A stretch of DNA of 64,000 nucleotides from an uncultured Anaerolineales bacterium (GTDB taxonomy: Bacteria; Chloroflexota; Anaerolineae; Anaerolineales; UBA11858), in NCBI GenBank assembly GCA_964621835.1, contig CAZUMA010000002.1:92392-156391 (forward strand), read 5' to 3'. Shown in pieces: positions 55,962 through 64,000 of the stretch (positions are counted from its first letter, which is position 1; each line of letters opens with the position of its first letter). The notes under the pieces were generated by a model. It saw nothing but the letters and a program-made list of their open reading frames with translations. It was not told the DNA's origin and searched no databases. The position numbers and the translations under genes are program-made.

Positions 55962-57770
55962 ATGTCTGTAAAAAAGATCAGTCTCAGAACCCAAACCCTG
56001 GTGGATGTAGCCATGGGGCGGAAAAAAGCTGACCTGGTCCTGCAGAATGGTCAGCTCGTCAGCGTGCAGTCCGGGGAAATCCTTCCCGGAATGGATATCG
56101 CCGTTTCTCAGGAATGGATTGCCTTTATCGGGGAGGACGCCTCCCACACCATTGGAGAGCAGACCAGGGTCATTCAAGCGGAAGGAAAGCATCTTGTTCC
56201 TGGTTTGCTGGATGCCCATATGCATGTGGAATCAGGAATGGTAACCATTACAGAGTTTGTTCGTGCAGTGGCTCCCCGGGGCACCACCGGGATGTTTATC
56301 GATCCGCATGAAATCGCCAATGTCTTTGGCCTTGATGGGGTCCGATTGATGGCAGAAGAAGCAGAGCAGCAGCCGATTCATGTTTGGGTGCAGGTTCCCT
56401 CCTGTGTTCCCTCGGCTCCGGGCTTGGAAACACCCGGATCCTCGATCGGTCCGGAAGAAGTTGCTGAGGCGATGACCTGGAAGCGGGTGATTGGATTGGG
56501 GGAGATGATGAATTTTCCGGGTGTGTTCAACAGCGATCCGAAAATGCATCAGGAAATGGCGGAGACCCGGGCGGCGGGCAAAGTCATCGGGGGTCATTAT
56601 GCGTCCCCGGATCTCGGGGTGCCTTTTCACGGATATGCTGCAGGGGGGGCAGAGGATGATCATGAGGGAACCCGCAGGGAGGATGCTGCAGCCAGGGTTC
56701 GCCAGGGCATGAAAGCGATGCTCCGGTATGGTTCCGGCTGGCTGGATGTTGCAGCCCAAATCCAGGCGATCACCAAGGATGGATTGGATTCAAGACACTT
56801 TTTACTTTGTACGGATGATTCCCATTCCGAGACCCTGGTAAATGAAGGGCATATGGATCGGGTGGTGCGCCATACGATGCAGCAGGGGATAGATCCGATT
56901 GTTGTCCTGCAGATGGCAACCATCAACACGGCAGAGCATTTTGGAGTTGCCAGGGAGATGGGTCAGATTGCTCCCGGTCGGTATGCGGATATCCTGCTGG
57001 TAGAAGACCTGCTAAACTTCAGTCCCGAATTGGTCATCTGCCGCGGACAGGTGTTAGCTGAGAACAGAACCTGGCAAATCGACCTTCCGGATATTAACTA
57101 TCCAGGCTGGGCCACAGACTCAATCCATCTCAAACAAGCTTTGAAGGCAGAGGACTTCCGTCTGCCTGTTGGAGAGCAGAACTCCTCAGCAAAATGGATC
57201 GCCCATGTAATTGGCGTGATTGAAGGTCAAGCACCCACACGACATTTGCTGATCCCCGTCTCCCCTGAAAATGGGGAAGTGAAGGTTGATCTCGAAAGGG
57301 ATCTGGCAAAGATTGCCCTGGTGGAGCGCCACCAGGGGACCGGGTCCGTGCAGGTTGGGCTGGTACAGGGGTTTGAGCTGGATGAACACTGCGCGATAGC
57401 AACGACAGTTGCCCATGATTCCCATCACATGATTATTGTGGGAACCGATGAGGAGCAGATGGCGAGGGCTGGAAATTACCTGGCTGAAATCCATGGAGGG
57501 CAGGTGGTGATCAAAGACGGCCGTGTCCTGGGAGAGGTTTCCCTACCCATTGCCGGGTTGATGTCAGAAAAACGGGCTGAAGAAGTCGCCGCCGAGGCAG
57601 CATCGGTTCTGGATGGTTTCCGTGAGTGTGGATGTGAGATTAGCAATCCCAATATGCAGCTCAGTTTACTGGCGCTGGCAGTGATCCCTTCTTTAAGGAT
57701 TACAGATTTGGGATTGGTGGACGTCGATGCGTTTGATTTTATTCCGGTAGTAGAAAAAGAAGAAGAATAA
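55962..57770 (+). CDS. ade: Adenine deaminase
   Basis: PGLLDAHMHVESGM, DPHEIANV, GHYA and TDDSH motifs, with the ~600-aa two-domain length typical of Ade. ATG 55962 (GAGGA upstream) is preferred over GTG 55941. Confidence 0.88.
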   Translation: MSVKKISLRTQTLVDVAMGRKKADLVLQNGQLVSVQSGEILPGMDIAVSQEWIAFIGEDASHTIGEQTRVIQAEGKHLVPGLLDAHMHVESGMVTITEFVRAVAPRGTTGMFIDPHEIANVFGLDGVRLMAEEAEQQPIHVWVQVPSCVPSAPGLETPGSSIGPEEVAEAMTWKRVIGLGEMMNFPGVFNSDPKMHQEMAETRAAGKVIGGHYASPDLGVPFHGYAAGGAEDDHEGTRREDAAARVRQGMKAMLRYGSGWLDVAAQIQAITKDGLDSRHFLLCTDDSHSETLVNEGHMDRVVRHTMQQGIDPIVVLQMATINTAEHFGVAREMGQIAPGRYADILLVEDLLNFSPELVICRGQVLAENRTWQIDLPDINYPGWATDSIHLKQALKAEDFRLPVGEQNSSAKWIAHVIGVIEGQAPTRHLLIPVSPENGEVKVDLERDLAKIALVERHQGTGSVQVGLVQGFELDEHCAIATTVAHDSHHMIIVGTDEEQMARAGNYLAEIHGGQVVIKDGRVLGEVSLPIAGLMSEKRAEEVAAEAASVLDGFRECGCEISNPNMQLSLLALAVIPSLRITDLGLVDVDAFDFIPVVEKEEE

Positions 57771-57772
57771 TT

Positions 57773-58498
57773 ATGTCAGAAAACGATGTATCATCAGCAG
57801 CCCATGAACAGTTGAGCAGGATAATTTCTAACACCGAAAGTGGAGAGAGGCTGCCCTCCGAACCGAAGCTGGCTGAAGAATTGGGTGTCTCCCGGGCAAC
57901 TTTGCGGGAGGTGATGCGCACCTTTGAGACTCGTGGATTGCTGCAGCGCAAGCAGGGGGTGGGAACGTTTGTGATCCATCCAACCAATGTGTTTGAAAGC
58001 GGGCTTGAAAATTTAGTCAGCCTGGAAACACTGGCGGGAAAGATCGGCCTGGAGGTTTCGATGGGGGAATTGGTGATTGAAAAACATCTCGCAGAGTCAG
58101 AACTGGCAGACCTGTTGGGACTGGAAAAGGATGATCCAGTGATCCGGATCTCACGAACAATTCTGACCGAAAATAGGCCCGTTGCTTTTCTGATAGACAA
58201 TGTTCCCGCAGATCTTCTTGCAGTGGCGGATGTCAGGGAGGATTTCAGCGGATCCGTGCTGGATTTGCTGATCCAGCACGAAAATATCCCCTTGGCCAGT
58301 TCGCGGTGTAATATCACTGCCATGGGAGCCACTTCTGAGGTTGCCAGTGCTTTGGACATTCAGCGTCACGATCCTCTGCTGGTATTTTCATCCCAGCTCT
58401 ACAGCTCCGAAGGCAGGGTGATCGACCAATCCTTCAGTTATTTCATTCCGGGATATTTTAAGTTTCATATCCTCCGTCGAGTAGATGACCGTCGTTAA
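57773..58498 (+). CDS. GntR-family (HutC/UTRA subfamily) transcriptional regulator
   Basis: The wHTH reads LPSEPKLAEELGVSRATLREVMRTFETRGLLQRKQGVGTFV. About 150 aa of UTRA-like effector domain follow. Confidence 0.9.
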   Translation: MSENDVSSAAHEQLSRIISNTESGERLPSEPKLAEELGVSRATLREVMRTFETRGLLQRKQGVGTFVIHPTNVFESGLENLVSLETLAGKIGLEVSMGELVIEKHLAESELADLLGLEKDDPVIRISRTILTENRPVAFLIDNVPADLLAVADVREDFSGSVLDLLIQHENIPLASSRCNITAMGATSEVASALDIQRHDPLLVFSSQLYSSEGRVIDQSFSYFIPGYFKFHILRRVDDRR

Positions 58499-58586
58499 TC
58501 AAATATGAGTTTGAATCTACCTCCCTGGAAGAAAGAAGTTGGATCTTCCAGTAATAAATATCAGATCTAAAGAAAGGAGTATTAAC

Positions 58587-59540
58587 ATGAGAAGTTTTGC
58601 AGGACGCAACATTATCTCTCTGAAGGACTTTGAGCGACGTGAGTTTGAACGGGTGCTGGAAGTCGCCGCTGAGCTGGCCCCGATTGCTCACAACCGCAAG
58701 AATGTTGATTTGCTGAGAGAAAAGACGCTGGTAACGGCTTTTTATCAGCCTTCAACCCGAACGCGCCTGGCCCACGAATCCGCCATGCTCCGTCTCGGAG
58801 GGAAAGTCACCGGGTTCTCCGATGCAAAGATGACCCGTGCGGGGGATTTCTATATGGAATCCATCAAGGATACTTTTAAAATGTTGGAGCACTACGGGGA
58901 TGTGATCGTTATGCGGCATTTCCAAAAAGGTGCTCCTTTGGAAGCATCCAGATGGACCAGCATCCCAATTATCAACGGTGGAGATGGATGGGGGGAACAT
59001 CCCACCCAGATTCTGACTGACCTCTATACGGTGTGGCAGGAAAAAGGCACCATTGACGGGCTCAACTGGGTGGCAGTGGGTGACATGCGGATGCGCACCA
59101 TGCACTCCCTGGGTCATGCCCTGACCCAATTTGACTGCCCGATCACCTTCATTTCCCCCGATGAAATGTCCCTGCCTGATGAATACCGGGAAGATTTCCA
59201 ACAAAACAGCCTCAACTTCTCTGAAGGAGGAGACGTTCGGAAAGTAATCGGCGATGCTGATGTGATCCTGGTCGAGCCAGTTGTCCAGCCAGACTATACC
59301 AAATCCCGTGATGAGCGAGAGGGAGAGGTCCCCCAGACTCCACCGGAATTTAAAATAACCCGGGAGCTCTTGGAGACCAAAGCGAAATCAGATGCCATTC
59401 TGCTGCACTCGCTGCCGCGGATGGATGAGATCCCTCCGGATGTGGATCAAACCCGATGGGCCCGGTACTGGCAGGAAGGGTTCAACGGCGTTGTGGTCCG
59501 CATGTCCCTCCTGGCTCTGGTTCTCGGTGCCATGGAATAG
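58587..59540 (+). CDS. ATCase-fold carbamoyltransferase with non-canonical second-substrate motifs
   Basis: STRTR, IINGGDGWGEHPTQ, GDMRMRTMHS, LHSLPRMDEI, and a C-terminus close to PyrB (FNGVVVRMSLLALVLG). It has DVILVEPVVQPDY where E. coli PyrB has DVLYMTRVQKERL. Start at ATG 58587 (AAAGGAG upstream). Confidence 0.8.
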   Translation: MRSFAGRNIISLKDFERREFERVLEVAAELAPIAHNRKNVDLLREKTLVTAFYQPSTRTRLAHESAMLRLGGKVTGFSDAKMTRAGDFYMESIKDTFKMLEHYGDVIVMRHFQKGAPLEASRWTSIPIINGGDGWGEHPTQILTDLYTVWQEKGTIDGLNWVAVGDMRMRTMHSLGHALTQFDCPITFISPDEMSLPDEYREDFQQNSLNFSEGGDVRKVIGDADVILVEPVVQPDYTKSRDEREGEVPQTPPEFKITRELLETKAKSDAILLHSLPRMDEIPPDVDQTRWARYWQEGFNGVVVRMSLLALVLGAME

Positions 59541-59697
59541 TTGAAAATCCAACAAGGAAATTTTTTTTATCCAGTCCCAGCTGCTTTAGCGGTTCAATCC
59601 GCTGGGTTGCTGGGACTGTGAAAAGCAACCCAAAGGGGTTGCAGTCATTATCCTCCAGCAGACTCCGCTGGAAGACTTGAACAAAAGGAGACGAGAA
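59541..59697 (+). other. Highly structured 157-nt intercistronic leader (three stem-loops with mutually exclusive alternatives; CCUCC elements facing the SD)
   Basis: Hand-folded. H1 pairs 59572-59581 with 59609-59618 (10 bp) and has a nested AGCGG/CCGCT hairpin. H2 is GCAACCC/GGGTTGC (59625-59642). H3 pairs 59651-59659 with 59667-59675. GACT (59614-17) can pair with AGTC at 59573-76 or at 59643-46. Confidence 0.35.
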
Positions 59698-60678
59698 ATG
59701 ATTACAGATTTACGAGGGCGAGATTTAATCAGTGACCTTGATTTTTCTAAAGAGGAAGTTGAAACCATTTTGGATGTTGCCTGGGACCTGAAGAAGAAAC
59801 GGGCGCTGGGGGAACCCCATGCGCTGCTGCGGGATAAAACCCTGGCGATGCTGTTTTTTTACTCCAGTACACGGACAAGGGCATCTTTTGAATCCGGGAT
59901 GGCTCAGCTGGGGGGGCATGCCGCTTTTATGGAAAGCCGCACCACCCAGGTATCCCATGGAGATACGGAAAAAGAGCTTGGAGAGATATTGGGCCGCTAC
60001 TTTGATGGCATTGCCATCCGGCATGTCACCTGGGGTGTTGGAAACCAGTATTTGCAGAATGTGGCGTCCGCTTCCCGCGTATCAGTATTGAACATGCAGT
60101 GCGAGGTGTACCATCCCCACCAGTGCCTGGCGGATATCATGACGATTCAGGAGAAGAAGGGGCGAGATCTTCGGGGAAAGAAAATGGTGGTCTCCTGGGC
60201 GTATGCTTCCTCTTATCTCAAACCGATTTCCGTCCCCCAGTCCCTGATCCTGCAAATGCCTCGATTTGGCCTCGACGTCACCCTGGCGCATCCTCCAGAA
60301 TTTATGCTAATGCCGGAGATTATGGAGCAGGCTCAAGAGCAAGCGGCAAAGTTTGGTTCAAAATTTGAAGTTGTGGACGACATGGAAGAGGGGTTCAAGG
60401 ATGCGGATATTGTTTATGCTAAATCCTGGGGACCGCTGCTGACCACACAGGATCAAGAGGAAGGGAAAAAGATTCAAGATCAATATAAAGATTGGATTAC
60501 CGATGCGAAAAAGATGGCCTTGGCGGATAAAGATGCCATCTACATGCACCCGCTTCCAGCGGATCGGGATGTGGAGGTAACCAGTGAGGTGATGGATGGT
60601 CCTCAATCGGTGGTCTTTGATCAGGCTGAAAACCGTATGCATGCGCAAAAAGCTGTCATGGCTTTGACGATGCGCTAG
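59698..60678 (+). CDS. OTCase-fold carbamoyltransferase with non-canonical second-substrate motifs
   Basis: SSTRTR and HPHQCLADIMT are present. YAKSWG replaces the OTCase DxWxSMG motif, and MHPLPADRDVEV replaces HCLP. ATG 59698 (AAGGAG 7 nt upstream) is preferred over TTG 59677. Confidence 0.8.
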   Translation: MITDLRGRDLISDLDFSKEEVETILDVAWDLKKKRALGEPHALLRDKTLAMLFFYSSTRTRASFESGMAQLGGHAAFMESRTTQVSHGDTEKELGEILGRYFDGIAIRHVTWGVGNQYLQNVASASRVSVLNMQCEVYHPHQCLADIMTIQEKKGRDLRGKKMVVSWAYASSYLKPISVPQSLILQMPRFGLDVTLAHPPEFMLMPEIMEQAQEQAAKFGSKFEVVDDMEEGFKDADIVYAKSWGPLLTTQDQEEGKKIQDQYKDWITDAKKMALADKDAIYMHPLPADRDVEVTSEVMDGPQSVVFDQAENRMHAQKAVMALTMR

Positions 60679-60687
60679 GAGGTACTG

Positions 60688-61650
60688 ATGAACAATACGA
60701 AGAAAGTCGCAGTGGTTGCCATTGGCGGCAATTCATTAATTAAGGATAAAGACCACCAGACCGTTGAGGATCAATATCAGGCAGCAAAGGAAACAGCGGC
60801 CCACCTGGTGGATATGATCGAAGCCGGTTGGATCATCGCAATTGGTCATGGGAATGGACCCCAAGTAGGGTTCATCCTGCGCCGGTCGGAAATTGCCCAT
60901 AAGGTTGAGGGAATGCATGAAGTTCCCCTGGATGTCTGTGGAGCAGATAGCCAGGGAGCGATTGGCTACGCGCTCCAGCAAAACCTGCTTAATGAACTAT
61001 CCCGGAGAAAAATTGATAAATCCGTTGCCACGGTGATTACCCAGGTCCGGGTGGATCCAAATGACCCCGCGTTTCAGGAACCAGCCAAACCGATCGGCAG
61101 CTTCATGGAAGAGGATGAAGCCCTGCAGCGCAAGCAGGAAATGGGCTGGAATGTGGTTGAAGATGCAGGTCGGGGGTGGCGAAGAGTGGTGCCATCTCCT
61201 TTACCTGTGGAAATCATGGAGCTCCCTGCCATCAAAGCCCTGATCAATTCGGGGATGATCACGATCACAGTGGGAGGAGGGGGCATTCCCGTGATCGATA
61301 CGGACCAGGGCATTCAGGGTACTGCTGCGGTGATTGATAAGGATTTTGCTTCCTCCTTCCTGGCGACGGAAATCAACGCGGATCTGCTGCTGATCTCCAC
61401 TGCGGTGGAGAAAGTCGCCCTGAATTTTGGAAAACCAAATCAAGAAGATATCGATGAAATGACAGTTGCTGAAGCAAAGCAGTACCTTGATGAAGGCACT
61501 CACTTTGCCAAGGGGTCCATGGAGCCGAAAATCAAAGCGATTGTCCGTTTCCTGGAAAATGGGGGCCAGGAAGCAATCGTCACTGACCCAAAGAACATTG
61601 GACGGGCGCTGAAAGGGGAAACTGGAACCAGGATCATCCAGGGAAGCTAG
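60688..61650 (+). CDS. arcC: Carbamate kinase
   Basis: VVAIGGNSL, GHGNGPQVG, GGGGIPV, AVIDKD and the LLISTAVEKV pattern. AGGAGG SD. Confidence 0.93.
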   Translation: MNNTKKVAVVAIGGNSLIKDKDHQTVEDQYQAAKETAAHLVDMIEAGWIIAIGHGNGPQVGFILRRSEIAHKVEGMHEVPLDVCGADSQGAIGYALQQNLLNELSRRKIDKSVATVITQVRVDPNDPAFQEPAKPIGSFMEEDEALQRKQEMGWNVVEDAGRGWRRVVPSPLPVEIMELPAIKALINSGMITITVGGGGIPVIDTDQGIQGTAAVIDKDFASSFLATEINADLLLISTAVEKVALNFGKPNQEDIDEMTVAEAKQYLDEGTHFAKGSMEPKIKAIVRFLENGGQEAIVTDPKNIGRALKGETGTRIIQGS

Positions 61651-61840
61651 TCTCCTGGCGCTGTTACTGTACAGAAAATTTCATCAAATATTAAGATAAT
61701 CTTGGTTAGTCAAGGCAGTGGGATCAAGTATACTAGGGAAAGAACCATTCCAGAGTTTTGATCAAAAAAGGAGGTCTGCCTCAAACAACCAAATAGCACG
61801 ATCTGACCATTTTGCAACTTAGTTTATGTAGAGGAGAAAT

Positions 61841-62989
61841 ATGAATAAGAAAACCCTTTGGTTTGTGATCAGTATTCTGCTCATAGCATCCTTTGCTTTC
61901 ACCGCCTGCCAGCCTGAACCCCCTGCAGAAGAACCAGCTGCGGAAGAAGCTGAAGAGGCAGAAGCGGAGGAAGAGGAAGCCATGGAAGAGGAAAAACTAA
62001 CTGTGGCTTTCATCTACATCGGTCAGCCTGGAGATCTCGGCTGGACCTATGAGCATGAACGGGGCCGCCTGGCCCTGGAAGAGGCGCTTGGTGAGCAGGT
62101 AGAAACCCTCACCGTGCCGGATGTTCCCGAGGGCCCGGATGCTGAAAAATCGATCCGTGATGTGGTCAACCAGGGCGCTGATGTGGTCTTCACAACAAGC
62201 TTCGGGTACATGGATCCTACCCTAACGGTAGCCCAGGATAATCCTGAAGTGATTTTTGAACACTGTTCAGGATTCAAAACCAACGACAACATGGCAACCT
62301 ACTTCGGCCGTATGTACCAGCCGCGCTACCTGTCCGGCCTGGTCGCTGGAAGCATGACGGAAGACAATTCCATAGGCTACGTGGCTGCTTTCCCGATCCC
62401 GGAAGTTCTGCGGGGAATCAACGCCTTTACCCTGGGTGTTCGGGAGGTCAACCCGGATGCGGTTGTGAAAGTAGTTTGGACAAATACCTGGTATGATCCC
62501 GTGAAGGAACGCGAAGCTGCCCAGGCCCTGCTGGATGAGGGTGTGGACATCATCGCTCAGCACCAGGACACCACGGAACCCCAGAAAGCAGCCCAGGAAG
62601 CCGGAAAGCTGAGTATTGGCTACGATTCCGATATGGCTCAATTTGTGGGGGATACCGTGCTGACCAGCCCGATCTGGAACTGGGGGACTTACTATGTAGA
62701 CACTGTCCAGGAGGTTCTTGACGGCACCTGGGAAACCCACCAGTACTGGGGCGGCCTGGAAGATGGCGTGGTCCAGCTGGCAGATCTGAGTCCGCAAGTC
62801 CCGGCCGATGTAAGTGCAATGGTCGATGAAGCTCGATCCAAGATTGTTGATACGGATTGGGATGTTTTCTGCGGGCCGATCAACGCCCAGGATGGTTCTG
62901 AGAAGATTGCTGACGGTGAATGCATGAATGATGGCGATATGCTTTCCATGGATTGGTTCGTGGAAGGGGTAGAAGGCTCCATCGAGTAG
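61841..62989 (+). CDS. BMP-family (PnrA/Med-like) ABC-transporter substrate-binding lipoprotein, probable nucleoside binder
   Basis: Lipobox FAFTAC and an acidic linker. BMP-type motifs are VAFIYIGQPGDLGWT, GYVAAFPIPEV and GFxxG-like segments. Confidence 0.85.
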   Translation: MNKKTLWFVISILLIASFAFTACQPEPPAEEPAAEEAEEAEAEEEEAMEEEKLTVAFIYIGQPGDLGWTYEHERGRLALEEALGEQVETLTVPDVPEGPDAEKSIRDVVNQGADVVFTTSFGYMDPTLTVAQDNPEVIFEHCSGFKTNDNMATYFGRMYQPRYLSGLVAGSMTEDNSIGYVAAFPIPEVLRGINAFTLGVREVNPDAVVKVVWTNTWYDPVKEREAAQALLDEGVDIIAQHQDTTEPQKAAQEAGKLSIGYDSDMAQFVGDTVLTSPIWNWGTYYVDTVQEVLDGTWETHQYWGGLEDGVVQLADLSPQVPADVSAMVDEARSKIVDTDWDVFCGPINAQDGSEKIADGECMNDGDMLSMDWFVEGVEGSIE

Positions 62990-63005
62990 CATCCTTTGTT
63001 CTTTG

Positions 63006-63040
63006 CTCTCCCCATCCTCGATTGCTGTGGATGGGGAGAG
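63006..63040 (+). other. 12-bp perfect intercistronic stem-loop (CTCTCCCCATCC-N11-GGATGGGGAGAG) between the binding-protein and ATPase genes
   Basis: Read directly. No U-tract follows. The position is typical of mRNA-stabilising or attenuating hairpins after ABC binding-protein genes. Confidence 0.5.
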
Positions 63041-63065
63041 TGACCTAAGACAGGTTGGATATCCC

Positions 63066-64000
63066 ATGAATGAACAAAATCATAGATATGCTGTTGAGAT
63101 GCGGGGGATTACCAAGCGGTTCCCAGGCGTGATTGCCAACCAGGACGTGGATTTAAAGGTGGAAAAAGGTCATGTTCATGCCCTTCTAGGTGAAAACGGC
63201 GCAGGAAAAAGCACTCTCATGAATGTGCTGTCCGGTCTCTATCAGCAGGATCAAGGGCGAATCCTGTTAAACGGAGAGCCTGTTGCCATCCAATCCCCCC
63301 GTGACGCCATTGACCTCGGCATCGGCATGGTTCATCAGCACTTCATGCTGGTGGAATCCCTCACAGTGGCGGAAAATGTCATCCTGGGTTTATTTCCTAC
63401 CGGACTGGTGATTGATGAAAACAAAATCGAATCCCAGATCCGGGACCTCTCGGAGCGCTACCAGCTTAATGTTGACCCCAGTGCTTATATTTGGCAGCTT
63501 TCTGTTGGTGAACAGCAGCGCGTCGAGATATTAAAACTTCTCTACCGGGGGGCAGATATTTTGATAATGGATGAGCCCACCGCTGTGCTCACCCCCCAGG
63601 AAGCAGATAAACTGATGAAAATCCTTCATCAGATGGCCAGGGAAGGAAAAACCATTATCTTTATCACGCATAAGCTGAATGAGGTCATGGGGTATGCTGA
63701 CCGGGTTTCTGTTCTGCGAAAAGGAAAAAAGGTAGACACCGTGGCAATAGACGAGACCTCAAAAGATCAGCTTGCGCGCTTGATGGTCGGCCGTGAGGTC
63801 TTATTCCGATTTGAAAAAAGTGACAATGATCCGGGCGACGTGGTTATCCAGGCAGAAAATCTCACTGCCGTAAATGACAAAGGGCTGCCAGCGCTAAAAG
63901 GCATTTCCTTTGAGGTGCGAAGTGGTGAGGTGGTGGGTATTGCGGGAGTCGCTGGAAACGGGCAGCGGGAGCTGGCGGAAGTCGTCACCTGCTTGCGACC
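63066..64000 (+). CDS. ABC transporter ATP-binding protein, duplicated-ABC sugar/nucleoside type (3' end outside the window)
   Basis: My own translation from ATG 63066 reads MNEQNHRYAVEMRGITKRF...GENGAGKST (Walker A), LSVGEQQRVEI (signature) and ILIMDEPT (Walker B). A second Walker A, GVAGNGQRE, begins near 63950. The gene is absent from the ORF track because no stop lies in the window. Confidence 0.9.
   Translation, partial: MNEQNHRYAVEMRGITKRFPGVIANQDVDLKVEKGHVHALLGENGAGKSTLMNVLSGLYQQDQGRILLNGEPVAIQSPRDAIDLGIGMVHQHFMLVESLTVAENVILGLFPTGLVIDENKIESQIRDLSERYQLNVDPSAYIWQLSVGEQQRVEILKLLYRGADILIMDEPTAVLTPQEADKLMKILHQMAREGKTIIFITHKLNEVMGYADRVSVLRKGKKVDTVAIDETSKDQLARLMVGREVLFRFEKSDNDPGDVVIQAENLTAVNDKGLPALKGISFEVRSGEVVGIAGVAGNGQRELAEVVTCLR

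Noticed and set aside
62267-63067. 266-aa minus-strand ORF, and the many other 60-210-aa ORFs antisense to lon, recG, gyrB, the permease fusion, adenine deaminase and others
   Set aside because: All lie inside, and opposite to, genes with unmistakable family motifs. They have no motifs of their own and show shadow-frame composition. I treated them as non-coding.
1-64000. Search for CRISPR arrays, transposases, integrases, reverse transcriptases (YxDD), phage structural genes and toxin-antitoxin pairs
   Set aside because: I saw no regularly spaced repeats and no ORF with the corresponding motifs. The only mobile-element-like signature is the tRNA-Arg direct repeat, reported separately.

Overview
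This is a 64-kb chromosomal segment, roughly 50-55% GC by eye (not computed), with about 60 densely packed protein genes. It holds one intact tRNA-Arg(TCT) plus a 5'-clipped perfect second copy. I found no rRNA, CRISPR array, transposase, integrase or phage genes. Most content is housekeeping: mutL, efp, lon, recG, coaD, rpmB, rpe, purB, gyrB, proteases and small-molecule enzymes. The protein sequences and the Firmicute-like synteny (prkC-like kinase, rpe, opposed rpmB, then asp23, yloV, degV, recG) look to me like a Chloroflexota (Anaerolineae-type) genome. That is recognition from reading, not a search result. All functional calls come from motifs read in the supplied translations; no database was queried. 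The regions most worth a second look are:

1. 54.4-64 kb: a same-strand array under a promoter bracketed by two palindromic GntR-type operators. It encodes two purine-type amidohydrolases, a GntR/HutC regulator, two non-canonical carbamoyltransferases, carbamate kinase and a nucleoside-type ABC importer. This looks like an ATP-yielding ureido-compound catabolic module whose substrate I cannot name. A strongly structured 157-nt leader lies between the two carbamoyltransferase genes.
2. 37.7-43.5 kb: a six-gene operon of PQQ-propeller Hanks kinase, PP2C, J-domain-vWA fusion, Zn-ribbon-FHA, an 80-aa unknown and an OmpR-type regulator. The kinase needs a non-ATG start.
3. 16.2-18.2 kb: a tRNA-Arg att-like duplication enclosing an AT-rich micro-islet, followed by a low-coding stretch.
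4. Unusual fusions: PHP+AlbA_2 in a tightly packed hsp20-lon gene string, MTA/SAH-deaminase+CYTH, and APC permease+2xUSP+DUF389.
5. An EF-P with Arg at the modification position, translationally coupled to an unrecognised Cys-rich ORF.
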